From Candidatus Aenigmatarchaeota archaeon (GTDB lineage Archaea; Aenigmatarchaeota; Aenigmatarchaeia; CG10238-14; SCSR01), in contig JAWADS010000002.1 in NCBI GenBank assembly GCA_038998625.1, forward strand, positions 1-53,841: DNA of 53,841 nucleotides, written 5' to 3'. The translations under genes and the position numbers were made by a program. The notes below the pieces were generated by a model. The model saw only the letters and a list, made by a program, of their open reading frames with translations. It was not told the origin of the DNA and did no database searches. Below are positions 9,042 to 18,124 of the stretch, one piece after another. The first letter of the stretch is position 1. The number at the start of each line of letters is the position of its first letter.

Positions 9042-9973
9042 TGAAATTTATAGCTAACAGAGAAATTAGAATTCTTATCATTACGCTAATTATTTCATCA
9101 ATTTTGATAACACTTGGAATCTTAAGTCGTGATGTGGGCGTGCTAGGCAACACAGTAATTTTAGCTACTTTTATCATAGCAACACCTCAACTATTAATGC
9201 GATATGAAAGGTATAGAGAATTAAAAGAGATGGAGGCAAAATTTCCAGATTTTCTAAGAGATCTCATAGAATCTTTACGTTCGGGCATGCCATTACATAA
9301 GGCAATACAGGCAGCAAGCAAATTAAATTATGGAAAACTTTCAAAAGAAATAAAAAAAATGAGCAATCAAATTAGTTGGGGCATGCCACTTCCCAAAGTT
9401 TTAGAACAGTTTTCAGATAGAGTTAAAAGCAGTAAAAGGCTTTTTACGATAACGAAAATTATTAATGAGTCTTATTTATCTGGAGGAGACATAGTTGCAA
9501 GCTTTGAATCAATGGCAGATAATGCAACAATATTAGATGAAGTAGAAAAAGAAAGAAAAAGTATGCTTAATCAATATGTTGTTTTGATGTATATAATATC
9601 TTTATTATTCATTGGAATAGTAGTAGTTATGAATAGGCTTCTAATTCCAGTATTTCAAACTGCTGTAACAGGGACAGAATTTGCCGCTTTATCCAATCCT
9701 TGCGACACTTGTCAAGGAATGGGATGCAATATTTGTGATTTATATTCCATCACTTCTTCATATGTATTTTCGGTTCAGAAAGCCGGAATTGCTAATTACT
9801 ATGTATCACTTTTCTTTTATATGGCAATAATACAAGCGATATTTGCTGGCTTAGTAGCAGGCCAGATAAGTGAAAATTCTGTTGTGGCAGGAATAAAACA
9901 TAGCTTGATTCTAGCAGCAATAATTTTCGGTTCTTTTAGTATATTAATACGATTAGGATTTTTAGGAGTTTAA
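9041..9973 (+). CDS. Second half-size FlaJ/TadB/TadC-like platform membrane protein with a Cys-rich insert
   Basis: FPDFLRDLIESLRSGMPLHKAIQAA...VLEQFSDRVKSSKRLF...SGGDIVASF. TAATG overlap. Contains CDTCQGMGCNIC. Confidence 0.8.
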   Translation: MKFIANREIRILIITLIISSILITLGILSRDVGVLGNTVILATFIIATPQLLMRYERYRELKEMEAKFPDFLRDLIESLRSGMPLHKAIQAASKLNYGKLSKEIKKMSNQISWGMPLPKVLEQFSDRVKSSKRLFTITKIINESYLSGGDIVASFESMADNATILDEVEKERKSMLNQYVVLMYIISLLFIGIVVVMNRLLIPVFQTAVTGTEFAALSNPCDTCQGMGCNICDLYSITSSYVFSVQKAGIANYYVSLFFYMAIIQAIFAGLVAGQISENSVVAGIKHSLILAAIIFGSFSILIRLGFLGV

Positions 9974-9974
9974 A

Positions 9975-10475
9975 ATGAAAGGACAGCTCACTGTTGACAC
10001 TTTTATAGCAATGTTTATATTCGTAGGTTTTGTTGTATATATATTTTTTCAAATATTATCTTCCACCCCTTCATATATAAATCAGTTGAATGAAGAAAGA
10101 TTAAGAGCAGAGGCATTTCAAATTTCAGAAATTTTGATAAATGATCCTGGTGAGCCAATAGATTGGCACTTGCGTGATATAAATTCAATAAAAAGAATTG
10201 GGCTTTCAGATTCAAATTACAATAAAACAAATTTAGTATCTTTAGGTAAAGCCACTAAGCTAAATACAATTTGCTCATCAAATTATGATTTAATAAAGAC
10301 AAAACTTGATATTTATGATAAATTTTCTCTTTCAATAATTAAAAAACAAACAGGCACCAATATAGTAAGTTGTCAACCTTCACAAATTATAACAGCTAAA
10401 CCTAAAGTTGTAATGAGAAGACTTTTTGTATTCAATGATAGTAGCATAGGCGAATTAACTCTTCAAATGTGGTGA
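9975..10475 (+). CDS. Pilin-like protein (class III signal peptide)
   Basis: MKGQLTVDTFIAMFIFVGFVVYIF. Starts 1 nt after the previous stop. Confidence 0.6.
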   Translation: MKGQLTVDTFIAMFIFVGFVVYIFFQILSSTPSYINQLNEERLRAEAFQISEILINDPGEPIDWHLRDINSIKRIGLSDSNYNKTNLVSLGKATKLNTICSSNYDLIKTKLDIYDKFSLSIIKKQTGTNIVSCQPSQIITAKPKVVMRRLFVFNDSSIGELTLQMW

Positions 10476-10477
10476 AA

Positions 10478-11854
10478 ATGTTAAAGAAAGGGATTGTAAC
10501 AATTTTTGAAATGATAGCAGCAGTTATAATTTTATTCACAGCCTTTAGTATATTCTTCCCAGGATTTTTTTATCAAAGCAGATGGAACGAAGCTATTTTA
10601 TTGCTTAAAGGTAGAGATTTTCTTTTAACTTTGGACAGATCTAATTTGCTTTACAATTTCTCTTTTAATCAGGGCGCGCTTTCAGATTTTGCTCTAAAAA
10701 TTTTAGAGCCAAATTTAATTGCGTTTGTAGAAACAGAAGGTTTATTAAAGGGTGAAATAACTATTGCTTGTAATTGCACCTCTCAGCAAATAGGAAATTT
10801 ATCTAGCATAGGAAGATTGAAATTAAATGATAGGGAAATTTTTCTAACATTTTTGAAGGTAGATGACTTAAACAATATTCCTCCTTCTGACGCTCTTTTA
10901 ATCTGGGGTTATAAACCTCTTTCTAGCTATTACAATTCCCTTCTAAATTATCTACAAAAAGGGAGTGGTATTATTGAAATTATGGATTTTCGTTATCAAA
11001 GCGTTGGTAATCCTGTTAATGATGATATTGTTCAGACAAACATCTTTGGTTTAAGTTGGATTGGCATAGATAGAGATACTGTGGAATATGTAGAATTTAA
11101 CAGAACTCCAACAACCTTTAAAGATCCAATTTCAGGGCCATATAAATATTTTTACAACTTTCCACAAATTTCAAAAATTAAATCTTCTGAAGGCATAGCT
11201 AACTGCAACTTTAACCCGAGTGGAAAAGGATTTATATTTTTCAATAATACAAGCTATGCATATTGGATATGCAACTCAACTTCAGTTTGGTTTGATTCAA
11301 ATGGTGATGGAACAAGGGATAAATTAGTTGATCTTCTTTCTGATTCTAGATTTGTCTTGTCTTCAAATAATTATAATTTCACTCTTAATTATATAGAGGA
11401 CAATTCTTCAATTCACTTTTCCTTTAAACCAATCTTCAAATTCAATGACTTTTTAGGATATGTAGCCCCTCCCGGAGAACCTGAGCCACCGGGCAGGGCT
11501 TTGGGAACATATAGAGTTTACTTTATTAAACCAGGAGATGATAATTGGAATAGAGTTTTGTTAAAAGGTGTTTCTAAATCTCCACCCATAGAATATCCAG
11601 CAAGTATAGTTAATATCACTTCAGGCAACAGAGTTGCTTGGCTTGCTGATATACAAGGTGATGCTAATGACGATTTTGGTGATGATAAAAAACAACTTGT
11701 GCTCTCGCTATTACTTTGGGCGTCAAGCAAAATTTATAAGCAACCTTTAATAGGCAATGTAAAAACAGGATATATTACGCCTTATATTAACATAGTGAAT
11801 AAAGATATATTGGAAGTTTACAGAATAAATCTAGGTTTAGGATTTCCCTATTAA
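10478..11854 (+). CDS. Large (about 458 aa) pilin-like protein, candidate minor pilin/tip adhesin
   Basis: MLKKGIVTIFEMIAAVIILFTAFSIFF followed by a large domain of unknown family. Track start is GTG 10469; ATG 10478 preferred. Confidence 0.6.
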   Translation: MLKKGIVTIFEMIAAVIILFTAFSIFFPGFFYQSRWNEAILLLKGRDFLLTLDRSNLLYNFSFNQGALSDFALKILEPNLIAFVETEGLLKGEITIACNCTSQQIGNLSSIGRLKLNDREIFLTFLKVDDLNNIPPSDALLIWGYKPLSSYYNSLLNYLQKGSGIIEIMDFRYQSVGNPVNDDIVQTNIFGLSWIGIDRDTVEYVEFNRTPTTFKDPISGPYKYFYNFPQISKIKSSEGIANCNFNPSGKGFIFFNNTSYAYWICNSTSVWFDSNGDGTRDKLVDLLSDSRFVLSSNNYNFTLNYIEDNSSIHFSFKPIFKFNDFLGYVAPPGEPEPPGRALGTYRVYFIKPGDDNWNRVLLKGVSKSPPIEYPASIVNITSGNRVAWLADIQGDANDDFGDDKKQLVLSLLLWASSKIYKQPLIGNVKTGYITPYINIVNKDILEVYRINLGLGFPY

Positions 11855-11870
11855 ATTTTTCAAAAAAAAA

Positions 11871-11986
11871 ACAAAGAAGGACCTCGCGCCTATATTCTTT
11901 GTTTTATATCTCGCGCGAGGTGGACCGCCCAGTGGAGCGTAGCGAACGAGCGAAGCGAGTGAGCGACCAATAAAAACCTCTTTTCT
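11871..11986. repeat. GC-rich structured intergenic element, copy A (carries a 25-nt AGCGA-like microsatellite insert)
   Basis: 11871-11939 is the reverse complement of 26415-26483 with 1 mismatch (11905). 11965-11986 resembles the reverse complement of 26395-26414. Internal 9-bp arms ACCTCGCGC/GCGCGAGGT. Confidence 0.9.
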
Positions 11987-11993
11987 TTAACTT

Positions 11994-13862
11994 TTACTTC
12001 AACCTTACTGTCTCCAAATTTCTTGGTGCTATAGCCTCTATTCTAAATATTCTGTTAATAGCCCTAGCAAATTCTACAGCCTTTGAAGGCTCTCCATGAG
12101 CAACAATAACTTTATCTGGTCTTGCCGTTAGTTTACCTATGTAAGCTAATAATTGCCTTCTATCACTATGACCACTTAAACCTTCTACTGTTTGCACTTC
12201 CATATTCAAATTTAATGTTATAGTTTTTCCATTTTCTACCTTAAAGGGTATTTCCCGCCAACCTTTTTGTATTCTTCTACCCATACTTCCTTCAGCTTGA
12301 TATCCAATAAATATTAAAGTGTTTTTTGGGTCTTCTGCCAATTGTTGTAAGTGTTGGATGGCTGGCCCACCCATTAACATACCGCTTGTAGAAATAATTA
12401 CGCAGGGTCTTTCATTCCAAGCCTTTTCTCTATCAGCTTGTGAAGCTATTCTTTTAAAAATTGGATTTAGGAAAGGATCTTCACCATTAAAAATTTTCCT
12501 TTGTATGCTTCTAGATAAATATTCTGGATAGGCAGTGAAAATTCCATTGGCATCCCATATCATTCCATCCAGAAAAACTGGATATTGAAAATTATGATTT
12601 ACTAAAATGGTCATAGCTTCTTGTGCCCTTTCTACAGAAAAAGAAGGAACTAATGCTATTCCATTTCTTTCCATAGTTTTGTTTATTATATCTATAAATT
12701 GCTTTTCAACTTCTTGTCTTGGAGGCATTATATCATTAGTGGCTCCGTATGTAGATTCTATTATTAATGTTTCTACCCTCTGAAAATCTGTATGGGCTGG
12801 CTCTAGAAGATTAGTTCTTGCAAATTTTTGATCCATAGCGTAAAGAATGTTGTGCATGCCTTCACCAATGTGCAGATGAACTAAAGCACTTCCAAGGATA
12901 TGACCAGCATTTTGAAAAGTTAGCCTAACATCTGGTGCAACATCTGAAACTTCACCATATTCTAATGTTATAGCATGTTTTACAGCTTCTTTTACACCTT
13001 TAGCTGTATATAAAGGTGAATTCATTCCCTTTTGCATAACATCAATATAATCCAACCAAAGAAGAGTAGCTAAATCTAAAGTTGGAGTAGTCATATAAAC
13101 AGGACCAGAATAGCCATATTCATAAAGCGCAGGCACAAAACCAACATGATCCAAATGGGAATGGGAAATTATTATTGCATCTATTTCGTTATAATCAAAC
13201 TCCTTTATGTTAAAGATAGGTATCATGCCACCATTACTACCACCAACTGCAACCCCACAATCTAGTAAAATTTTTGATTTTGGAGTTTCCACTAAAATAC
13301 AACTTCTTCCCACTTCTCGCCATCCACCCAGCCCAGTTATTCTAATCCAATCTCTTCCAGTTTTTCTTTCGCTAAAAATGCTGGCGCCAATTTTATTCAA
13401 AAATTCTTTTCTAAATTTTACTTCATTATGAATGGTTTTTCTTATACCTTCAATAACATCAGATCTTATTCCAGGAACTCTTTCTATTCTCGGCACCCAG
13501 AAAGTTTCATTCTTTATTCTCTTAAAAGTTTCACCCGCTTTGCCTATAACTAAACCCGGTTTTTCAGCGGCAATTATTACAAGGCTCCTCTCAGGCTCGA
13601 AATAAATATCTTTTATTCCCGCCTCTTTCGGTACCAACTCTTTGATTTTATCTATTGTTGCTGCATTATCCATGCATAAACTTTTCTCTGGTCTAATTTC
13701 AATTCTTTTTTTAATTTGATTTACAACACTTCTCACAATTTCTTCATGATTTTTAAAGAAATCTCTATCTTTAGTATAAACAATTATCTCAGATCCTTCC
13801 AATTCTATTCTACTTATCACTTCTTTCGGTAGTAAATTTTTTACTTTTTCGAGGATTTCCAT
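11994..13862 (-). CDS. aCPSF1-type ribonuclease (KH domains + metallo-beta-lactamase + beta-CASP)
   Basis: 622 aa. KH-like N-terminus (VIGKAGETFKRI), HSHLDHVG motif, beta-CASP C-terminal region. Confidence 0.9.
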   Translation of the reverse strand: MEILEKVKNLLPKEVISRIELEGSEIIVYTKDRDFFKNHEEIVRSVVNQIKKRIEIRPEKSLCMDNAATIDKIKELVPKEAGIKDIYFEPERSLVIIAAEKPGLVIGKAGETFKRIKNETFWVPRIERVPGIRSDVIEGIRKTIHNEVKFRKEFLNKIGASIFSERKTGRDWIRITGLGGWREVGRSCILVETPKSKILLDCGVAVGGSNGGMIPIFNIKEFDYNEIDAIIISHSHLDHVGFVPALYEYGYSGPVYMTTPTLDLATLLWLDYIDVMQKGMNSPLYTAKGVKEAVKHAITLEYGEVSDVAPDVRLTFQNAGHILGSALVHLHIGEGMHNILYAMDQKFARTNLLEPAHTDFQRVETLIIESTYGATNDIMPPRQEVEKQFIDIINKTMERNGIALVPSFSVERAQEAMTILVNHNFQYPVFLDGMIWDANGIFTAYPEYLSRSIQRKIFNGEDPFLNPIFKRIASQADREKAWNERPCVIISTSGMLMGGPAIQHLQQLAEDPKNTLIFIGYQAEGSMGRRIQKGWREIPFKVENGKTITLNLNMEVQTVEGLSGHSDRRQLLAYIGKLTARPDKVIVAHGEPSKAVEFARAINRIFRIEAIAPRNLETVRLK

Positions 13863-13933
13863 GTTTTTCCCTTTTGAAGAGAAGCATAATAACTAATGGA
13901 ATTAATTTTTCATAATTTTCTTTCATAAATTTT

Positions 13934-14584
13934 TTATTTTATCTTCGAAATTTCATGAGTTGAAATTTTTATACCACTTTTTGTTATGGTAGCAACATCT
14001 ATAGCGCTACCACCAGATCCTATATCCCTTTCAATTGCAGCTTTAATAGCCCTTAAGGCCAACTTGGCTCCTTCTTCTGTTGTGATACCATCTTTATAAG
14101 CATCTTCTAATACTCCTAATGCAATGGGAGATCCGGAGCCTGTAGAAAAGAATTTCTTTTCTTCCTCCCAACCACCTATTGCATCTAGTGAAAATATGGC
14201 TGGACCTTCGTCATCATAACCAGCTATTATGAGTTGAACCATATATGGAACAAAGCTCCACCTACCAGATTGTAAAATATTAGAGAGCAAAATAGTTGCA
14301 CCCTTAACTGAAATTTTTCTAGCATGCTGAATGGAAAAAAGCTTTAGTTCAGCCCGCATATATCTAGCTAAGGCTTGGGCATCTCCACTAGCGCCAGCAA
14401 TAGTTAAAGCAATATGATCGTCGACGGGTAAAATCTTTTGGCTTTCTTTACTAGCAACAAGATAACCCAAGGTAGATTTTTTTTCTGCAGCCAACACAAC
14501 ACCATCTTTACAGACCAACCCTACAGTAGTTGTACCAGTTTTTCTAATCTCTGGTTTTTCATTAATAAAGGTCAAGAAAATCAC
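13934..14584 (-). CDS. psmB: Proteasome beta subunit
   Basis: Short propeptide, then TTTVGLVCKDGVVLAAEKK (N-terminal Thr nucleophile). GTG start. Confidence 0.9.
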   Translation of the reverse strand: MIFLTFINEKPEIRKTGTTTVGLVCKDGVVLAAEKKSTLGYLVASKESQKILPVDDHIALTIAGASGDAQALARYMRAELKLFSIQHARKISVKGATILLSNILQSGRWSFVPYMVQLIIAGYDDEGPAIFSLDAIGGWEEEKKFFSTGSGSPIALGVLEDAYKDGITTEEGAKLALRAIKAAIERDIGSGGSAIDVATITKSGIKISTHEISKIK

Positions 14585-14648
14585 TCTCAGAAAACTTAAT
14601 TTAAATTAAATAGCAGAGTTTAAATATTTTATGGTTAGTGGTTAGTGG

Positions 14649-15350
14649 TTCTGTCGCATTAATGGGTCTTGGGATTAAATATTAATTTAACTATTAAACT
14701 ATAAATGGCGGGTCAATGGAAGCCATAAAAGGGATCAAATTTCAATTTTATATAAAAGAAGGAAATTTAGAGCTTTTATTGAAAAGATATTCTAAAGCAA
14801 TTAATCTATTTCTTGAAAAATATTTTTGGAAAAGCTTATTCATTATCAAAATCAAACAAATTTAGAAAAGAAATTTATGCAAAAAAAGCTAATGGATATG
14901 CTTCCGTTATTGCTATGCGTTCTGCCTTAGCAATTTATAGAAGCTGGAAAAGAAATCATAGAAAAGAATTACCAAGAGTGAAATCAAAATTCATTCAATT
15001 ATAACCAAATTATAATTGTAAGCTTATTTGAAATAAAATAAGAATAACCTTAGGAAAATACAATTTATGATTGATTATAAAGGTAAATGAAATAATATTA
15101 CTTTTGTTTATGTTAACCGAAGAACATGAGCAAAAGTTGTAGCAGATGTGGTGAAATTGGAACGCTGAACAATTCAACTTTTGCTTGTGAGAGATGTAGA
15201 TTGATAATCGATAGGCATTTGAAGGCCTCGCTAAATATACTAAAACTTGGAATGGCTCCCTGTGGTTCGGGAAATAGACTGCAGAAAATTGAGGAATGGA
15301 AAATCTGATTTCGGAAGTTGCATTATTCAAAACCTGCTAATGCGACAGAA
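14649..15350 (+). mobile_element. Decayed IS200/IS605-family (TnpB-only) relic bounded by a perfect 13-bp inverted repeat
   Basis: TTCTGTCGCATTA (14649-14661) and TAATGCGACAGAA (15338-15350) are exact reverse complements and enclose the TnpB fragments. No tnpA is present. Confidence 0.55.
14716..15308 (+). pseudogene. tnpB: tnpB pseudogene (frameshifted, internally deleted)
   Basis: Frame 1 (14716-14865): MEAIKGIKFQFYIKEGNLELLLKRYSKAINLF (TnpB N-terminus style). Frame 2 (14813-15004): ...ASVIAMRSALAIYRSWKRNHRKELPRVKSK. Then stops. 15126-15308: CSRCG...CERCRLIIDRHLKASLNILKLG (zinc finger + RuvC-III-like D-R-x-x-N-A-x-x-NIL). About 200 of the ~400 expected codons remain. Confidence 0.7.
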
Positions 15351-15363
15351 ACTGGTAGTAAGG

Positions 15364-16803
15364 TTAGTAACTATTACCCACATAAGTTACATATTTAGAT
15401 TTCCCGTTACACCAAATACATTTTCCTCTTGGCGCTTCTTTTTTTTCATATAAGATTCCAATTATTTCTCCACCTTTTGTTTCCGCCTTAATATAATCGG
15501 CGCATTCTTTTTTGCCACACCATTCTGTTTTAACAAGACCTCCCTTTTCTTCCAAAATTTTTTTCAATTGAGAAATATCTTTCGCCTCACTCAATTTTTT
15601 CTTCAATTCTTCCTTAGCTTTTTTATAAAGTTTTTTTTGTATAACATTTAATAAACTTTTTATTTTTTCTATAGCCTTTTCAAATTTAATAGTTTGCCTT
15701 TTTCTATTGTCGCGACGGACAATGGTTATCGTCTTCTCCATTAATTCTTTTTCTCCAATTTCAATTCTTAAAGGTACGCCCAACATTTCATAATAATTGA
15801 ACTTCCATCCAGGGGTTTTTTCTTTATTTAAATCCATCTCCACTTTTAAATCATTTTCTAGCATTTTTTTTACTTTTTTACAATAATTTATAATTTTTTC
15901 ATCCTTCTTGCCTAGAATGGGAATTATTATAACTTGAATTGGCGCTACATTAGGTGGTAAAATTAAGCCTTTATTATCTCCGTGCAAAGCAACTATGGCG
16001 GCCAAAATCCTTTCACTTACACCATAACTACCTTGATAAACGTATTTTCTCTCCCCATTTTCATCTAAAAAAGTAACATTAAAGGCTTTAGAAAATCGTT
16101 GCCCAAGATTATTCACACTACCCATTTCTAAAACTCTACCATCAGGAAAAATTGTATAAGCTTCTATAGCTTGGAGAGCCCCTGCGAATATGCCACTTAC
16201 AACATCAAAAAAAATGACTGGTATAGCACAATATTCAAATAGTTTCTTATATATTTCTACCACTTCTTTTACATGTTTGTTTATATCTTCTAGACTAACA
16301 TGGGCAGAATGGGCTTCATTCCATAATATTTCTCTATCTCTAATCAAGGGTCGTGTATGCTTTGTTTCTGATCTAAACACTGAAGTAGTTTGGAAAATTT
16401 TTAAAGGCAAATCTTTATAAGATCTAATCCAAAGCTTAAACATCTCATACATAGCTGTTTCACTAGTTGGCCTTAATGCAGCTCTTTCTCCCATGGGTTT
16501 TTCTCCAGAGTGAGTAACCCAAAATACTTGATCATGGAAACCTCTAATATGCTCTGCCTCTGTTGCAAGAAGTCTTTCTGGTATTAAGGCAGGAAAATAA
16601 TACTTTTTATATCCGTTTTTCTTATACAAACTCTCTAAATATTGCATATAATTTTCATGAATTTCTAAACCAAGCCAACCAAAAACTAAAAATCCTTGTA
16701 GAGGAAACCTTTGGTCGATTAAACCAGTTTTTTGTATAACTTCATGAAACCACTCTGAAAAGTTTTCTTCTTTTTTCGCCAGAATACCTTCTTCTTCTGC
16801 CAT
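15364..16803 (-). CDS. proS: Prolyl-tRNA synthetase (archaeal/eukaryal type)
   Basis: Class II core ALRPTSETAMYEMF, SVFRSE. Cys-rich C-terminal domain ending ...VGNSY. 479 aa. Confidence 0.9.
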   Translation of the reverse strand: MAEEEGILAKKEENFSEWFHEVIQKTGLIDQRFPLQGFLVFGWLGLEIHENYMQYLESLYKKNGYKKYYFPALIPERLLATEAEHIRGFHDQVFWVTHSGEKPMGERAALRPTSETAMYEMFKLWIRSYKDLPLKIFQTTSVFRSETKHTRPLIRDREILWNEAHSAHVSLEDINKHVKEVVEIYKKLFEYCAIPVIFFDVVSGIFAGALQAIEAYTIFPDGRVLEMGSVNNLGQRFSKAFNVTFLDENGERKYVYQGSYGVSERILAAIVALHGDNKGLILPPNVAPIQVIIIPILGKKDEKIINYCKKVKKMLENDLKVEMDLNKEKTPGWKFNYYEMLGVPLRIEIGEKELMEKTITIVRRDNRKRQTIKFEKAIEKIKSLLNVIQKKLYKKAKEELKKKLSEAKDISQLKKILEEKGGLVKTEWCGKKECADYIKAETKGGEIIGILYEKKEAPRGKCIWCNGKSKYVTYVGNSY

Positions 16804-16876
16804 AATCTTTTTTTAACTTTTCTTGTTTTTAAAAATAAAGAATATAAATAAATTTACGTCAATAGTTTAACTTAGT

Positions 16877-18124
16877 ATGAGAATAGCTGTAATTTCTGAT
16901 TGTCATTTAGGTCATGCTTACGGTACTGTTTTAGAAAATGATAGTTTTGAAAATTTTGAAGAAGCTGTAAATAAGGCTATAGATGGAGGGGCAGATCTAA
17001 TAATATTGGGTGGTGATACCTTTGATTCTAAGATGCCCAGAACTACAGTTTGGGCAAAAGCTCTAAATATTTTAACAAAACCTTTATTGAGGTCGTCAAA
17101 TGTAAAACTTTTGGAAATAGATAAACCTTTAAAAGAAATTTCAAAAAGAACTTTACAGCACTTACCTGTATTAGCTTTACATGGCAATCATGAAAGGAGG
17201 GCCAAAGGTGAATTGAATATAATAGAAGCTTTAGAAAATGCTGGCTTGCTAATACATTTGAATAAAAATACTGTTGTTTTTGAAAAAGACAACATAAAAG
17301 TTGCTATTAGCGGTATGAGTAATGTTCCAGAAAGATATTCAAAGGAAGAATTAAAAAAATGGAATTTAGAACCAAAAAAAGGTTGTTTTAATATTTTAAT
17401 TCTACATCAGAATATTCTTCCTTTTGTTTTTTCTCCCCTTGAATACTATTCTTTAACTTTAGAAGATTTGCCAAAGGGATTCGACTTAATATTGGATGGG
17501 CATATTCATTCTCATTTCATGGAAAAAATTGGCACAACACCATTTTTTGTAATAGGTTCTACCATTACCACACAACTAGAAAAAAACGAATCTTTAATCG
17601 AAAAGGGATTTTTGTTTATTGATTTGGATGATAAATTGAGGGTAAGTTTCATACCACTTCAAAATAATAGAAAATTTTTATATGATGAAATTGAGATTAA
17701 TCCCAATATACCACTTAGAAGCCAAGTAGAAGATAAAATCTCTCAGCTTATTTATAAAAAGCAATCCAGTAAGCCACCTTTAATAAAATTAAAAATTTTT
17801 GGAGATGAAAGATATATTTCTGAGGTAGATTTGCGAGCTGTAGAAAAAAAATTCGAGGGTAAAGCGATCATAATTTTTTCTAAAGAATTAGAATCAGCTG
17901 AAGTAATAGAAAAAACTGAATTGCTTAGAGGATTAATTGAAGAAAAATTGTCTATAGATGAAATGGGTTTAAACCTTTTACAAAAAAATCTTGAGGAGTT
18001 AAAATTTGATTTTAGTATTGATTTTGAATCTCTTTTTCATTTGCTTCTAGAAGATGAAATTGAACGGGCCACAGATATTTTATTTGGTGAACAAAAAACT
18101 TTAACTGCTTGGGTGAGGAGATGA
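16877..18124 (+). CDS. mre11: Mre11 nuclease
   Basis: Phosphoesterase motifs ISDCHLG, GGDTFDS, LHGNHERR, DGHIHSH. Immediately precedes rad50. Confidence 0.9.
   Translation: MRIAVISDCHLGHAYGTVLENDSFENFEEAVNKAIDGGADLIILGGDTFDSKMPRTTVWAKALNILTKPLLRSSNVKLLEIDKPLKEISKRTLQHLPVLALHGNHERRAKGELNIIEALENAGLLIHLNKNTVVFEKDNIKVAISGMSNVPERYSKEELKKWNLEPKKGCFNILILHQNILPFVFSPLEYYSLTLEDLPKGFDLILDGHIHSHFMEKIGTTPFFVIGSTITTQLEKNESLIEKGFLFIDLDDKLRVSFIPLQNNRKFLYDEIEINPNIPLRSQVEDKISQLIYKKQSSKPPLIKLKIFGDERYISEVDLRAVEKKFEGKAIIIFSKELESAEVIEKTELLRGLIEEKLSIDEMGLNLLQKNLEELKFDFSIDFESLFHLLLEDEIERATDILFGEQKTLTAWVRR

Noticed and set aside
11940-11964. AGCGA-like repeat as a CRISPR or coding feature
   Set aside because: It is only 25 nt, has no spacer-repeat periodicity and no ORF; it is a microsatellite-type insertion within element copy A.
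15010-15453. ORFs 15010..15330 (-) and 15247..15453 (+)
   Set aside because: They lie across the TnpB relic and the proS 3' end, have no recognisable motifs and conflict with better-supported features.
18109-18120. TTG start for rad50 (MGEE extension)
   Set aside because: ATG 18121 gives the canonical Rad50 N-terminus and an ATGA overlap with the mre11 stop.
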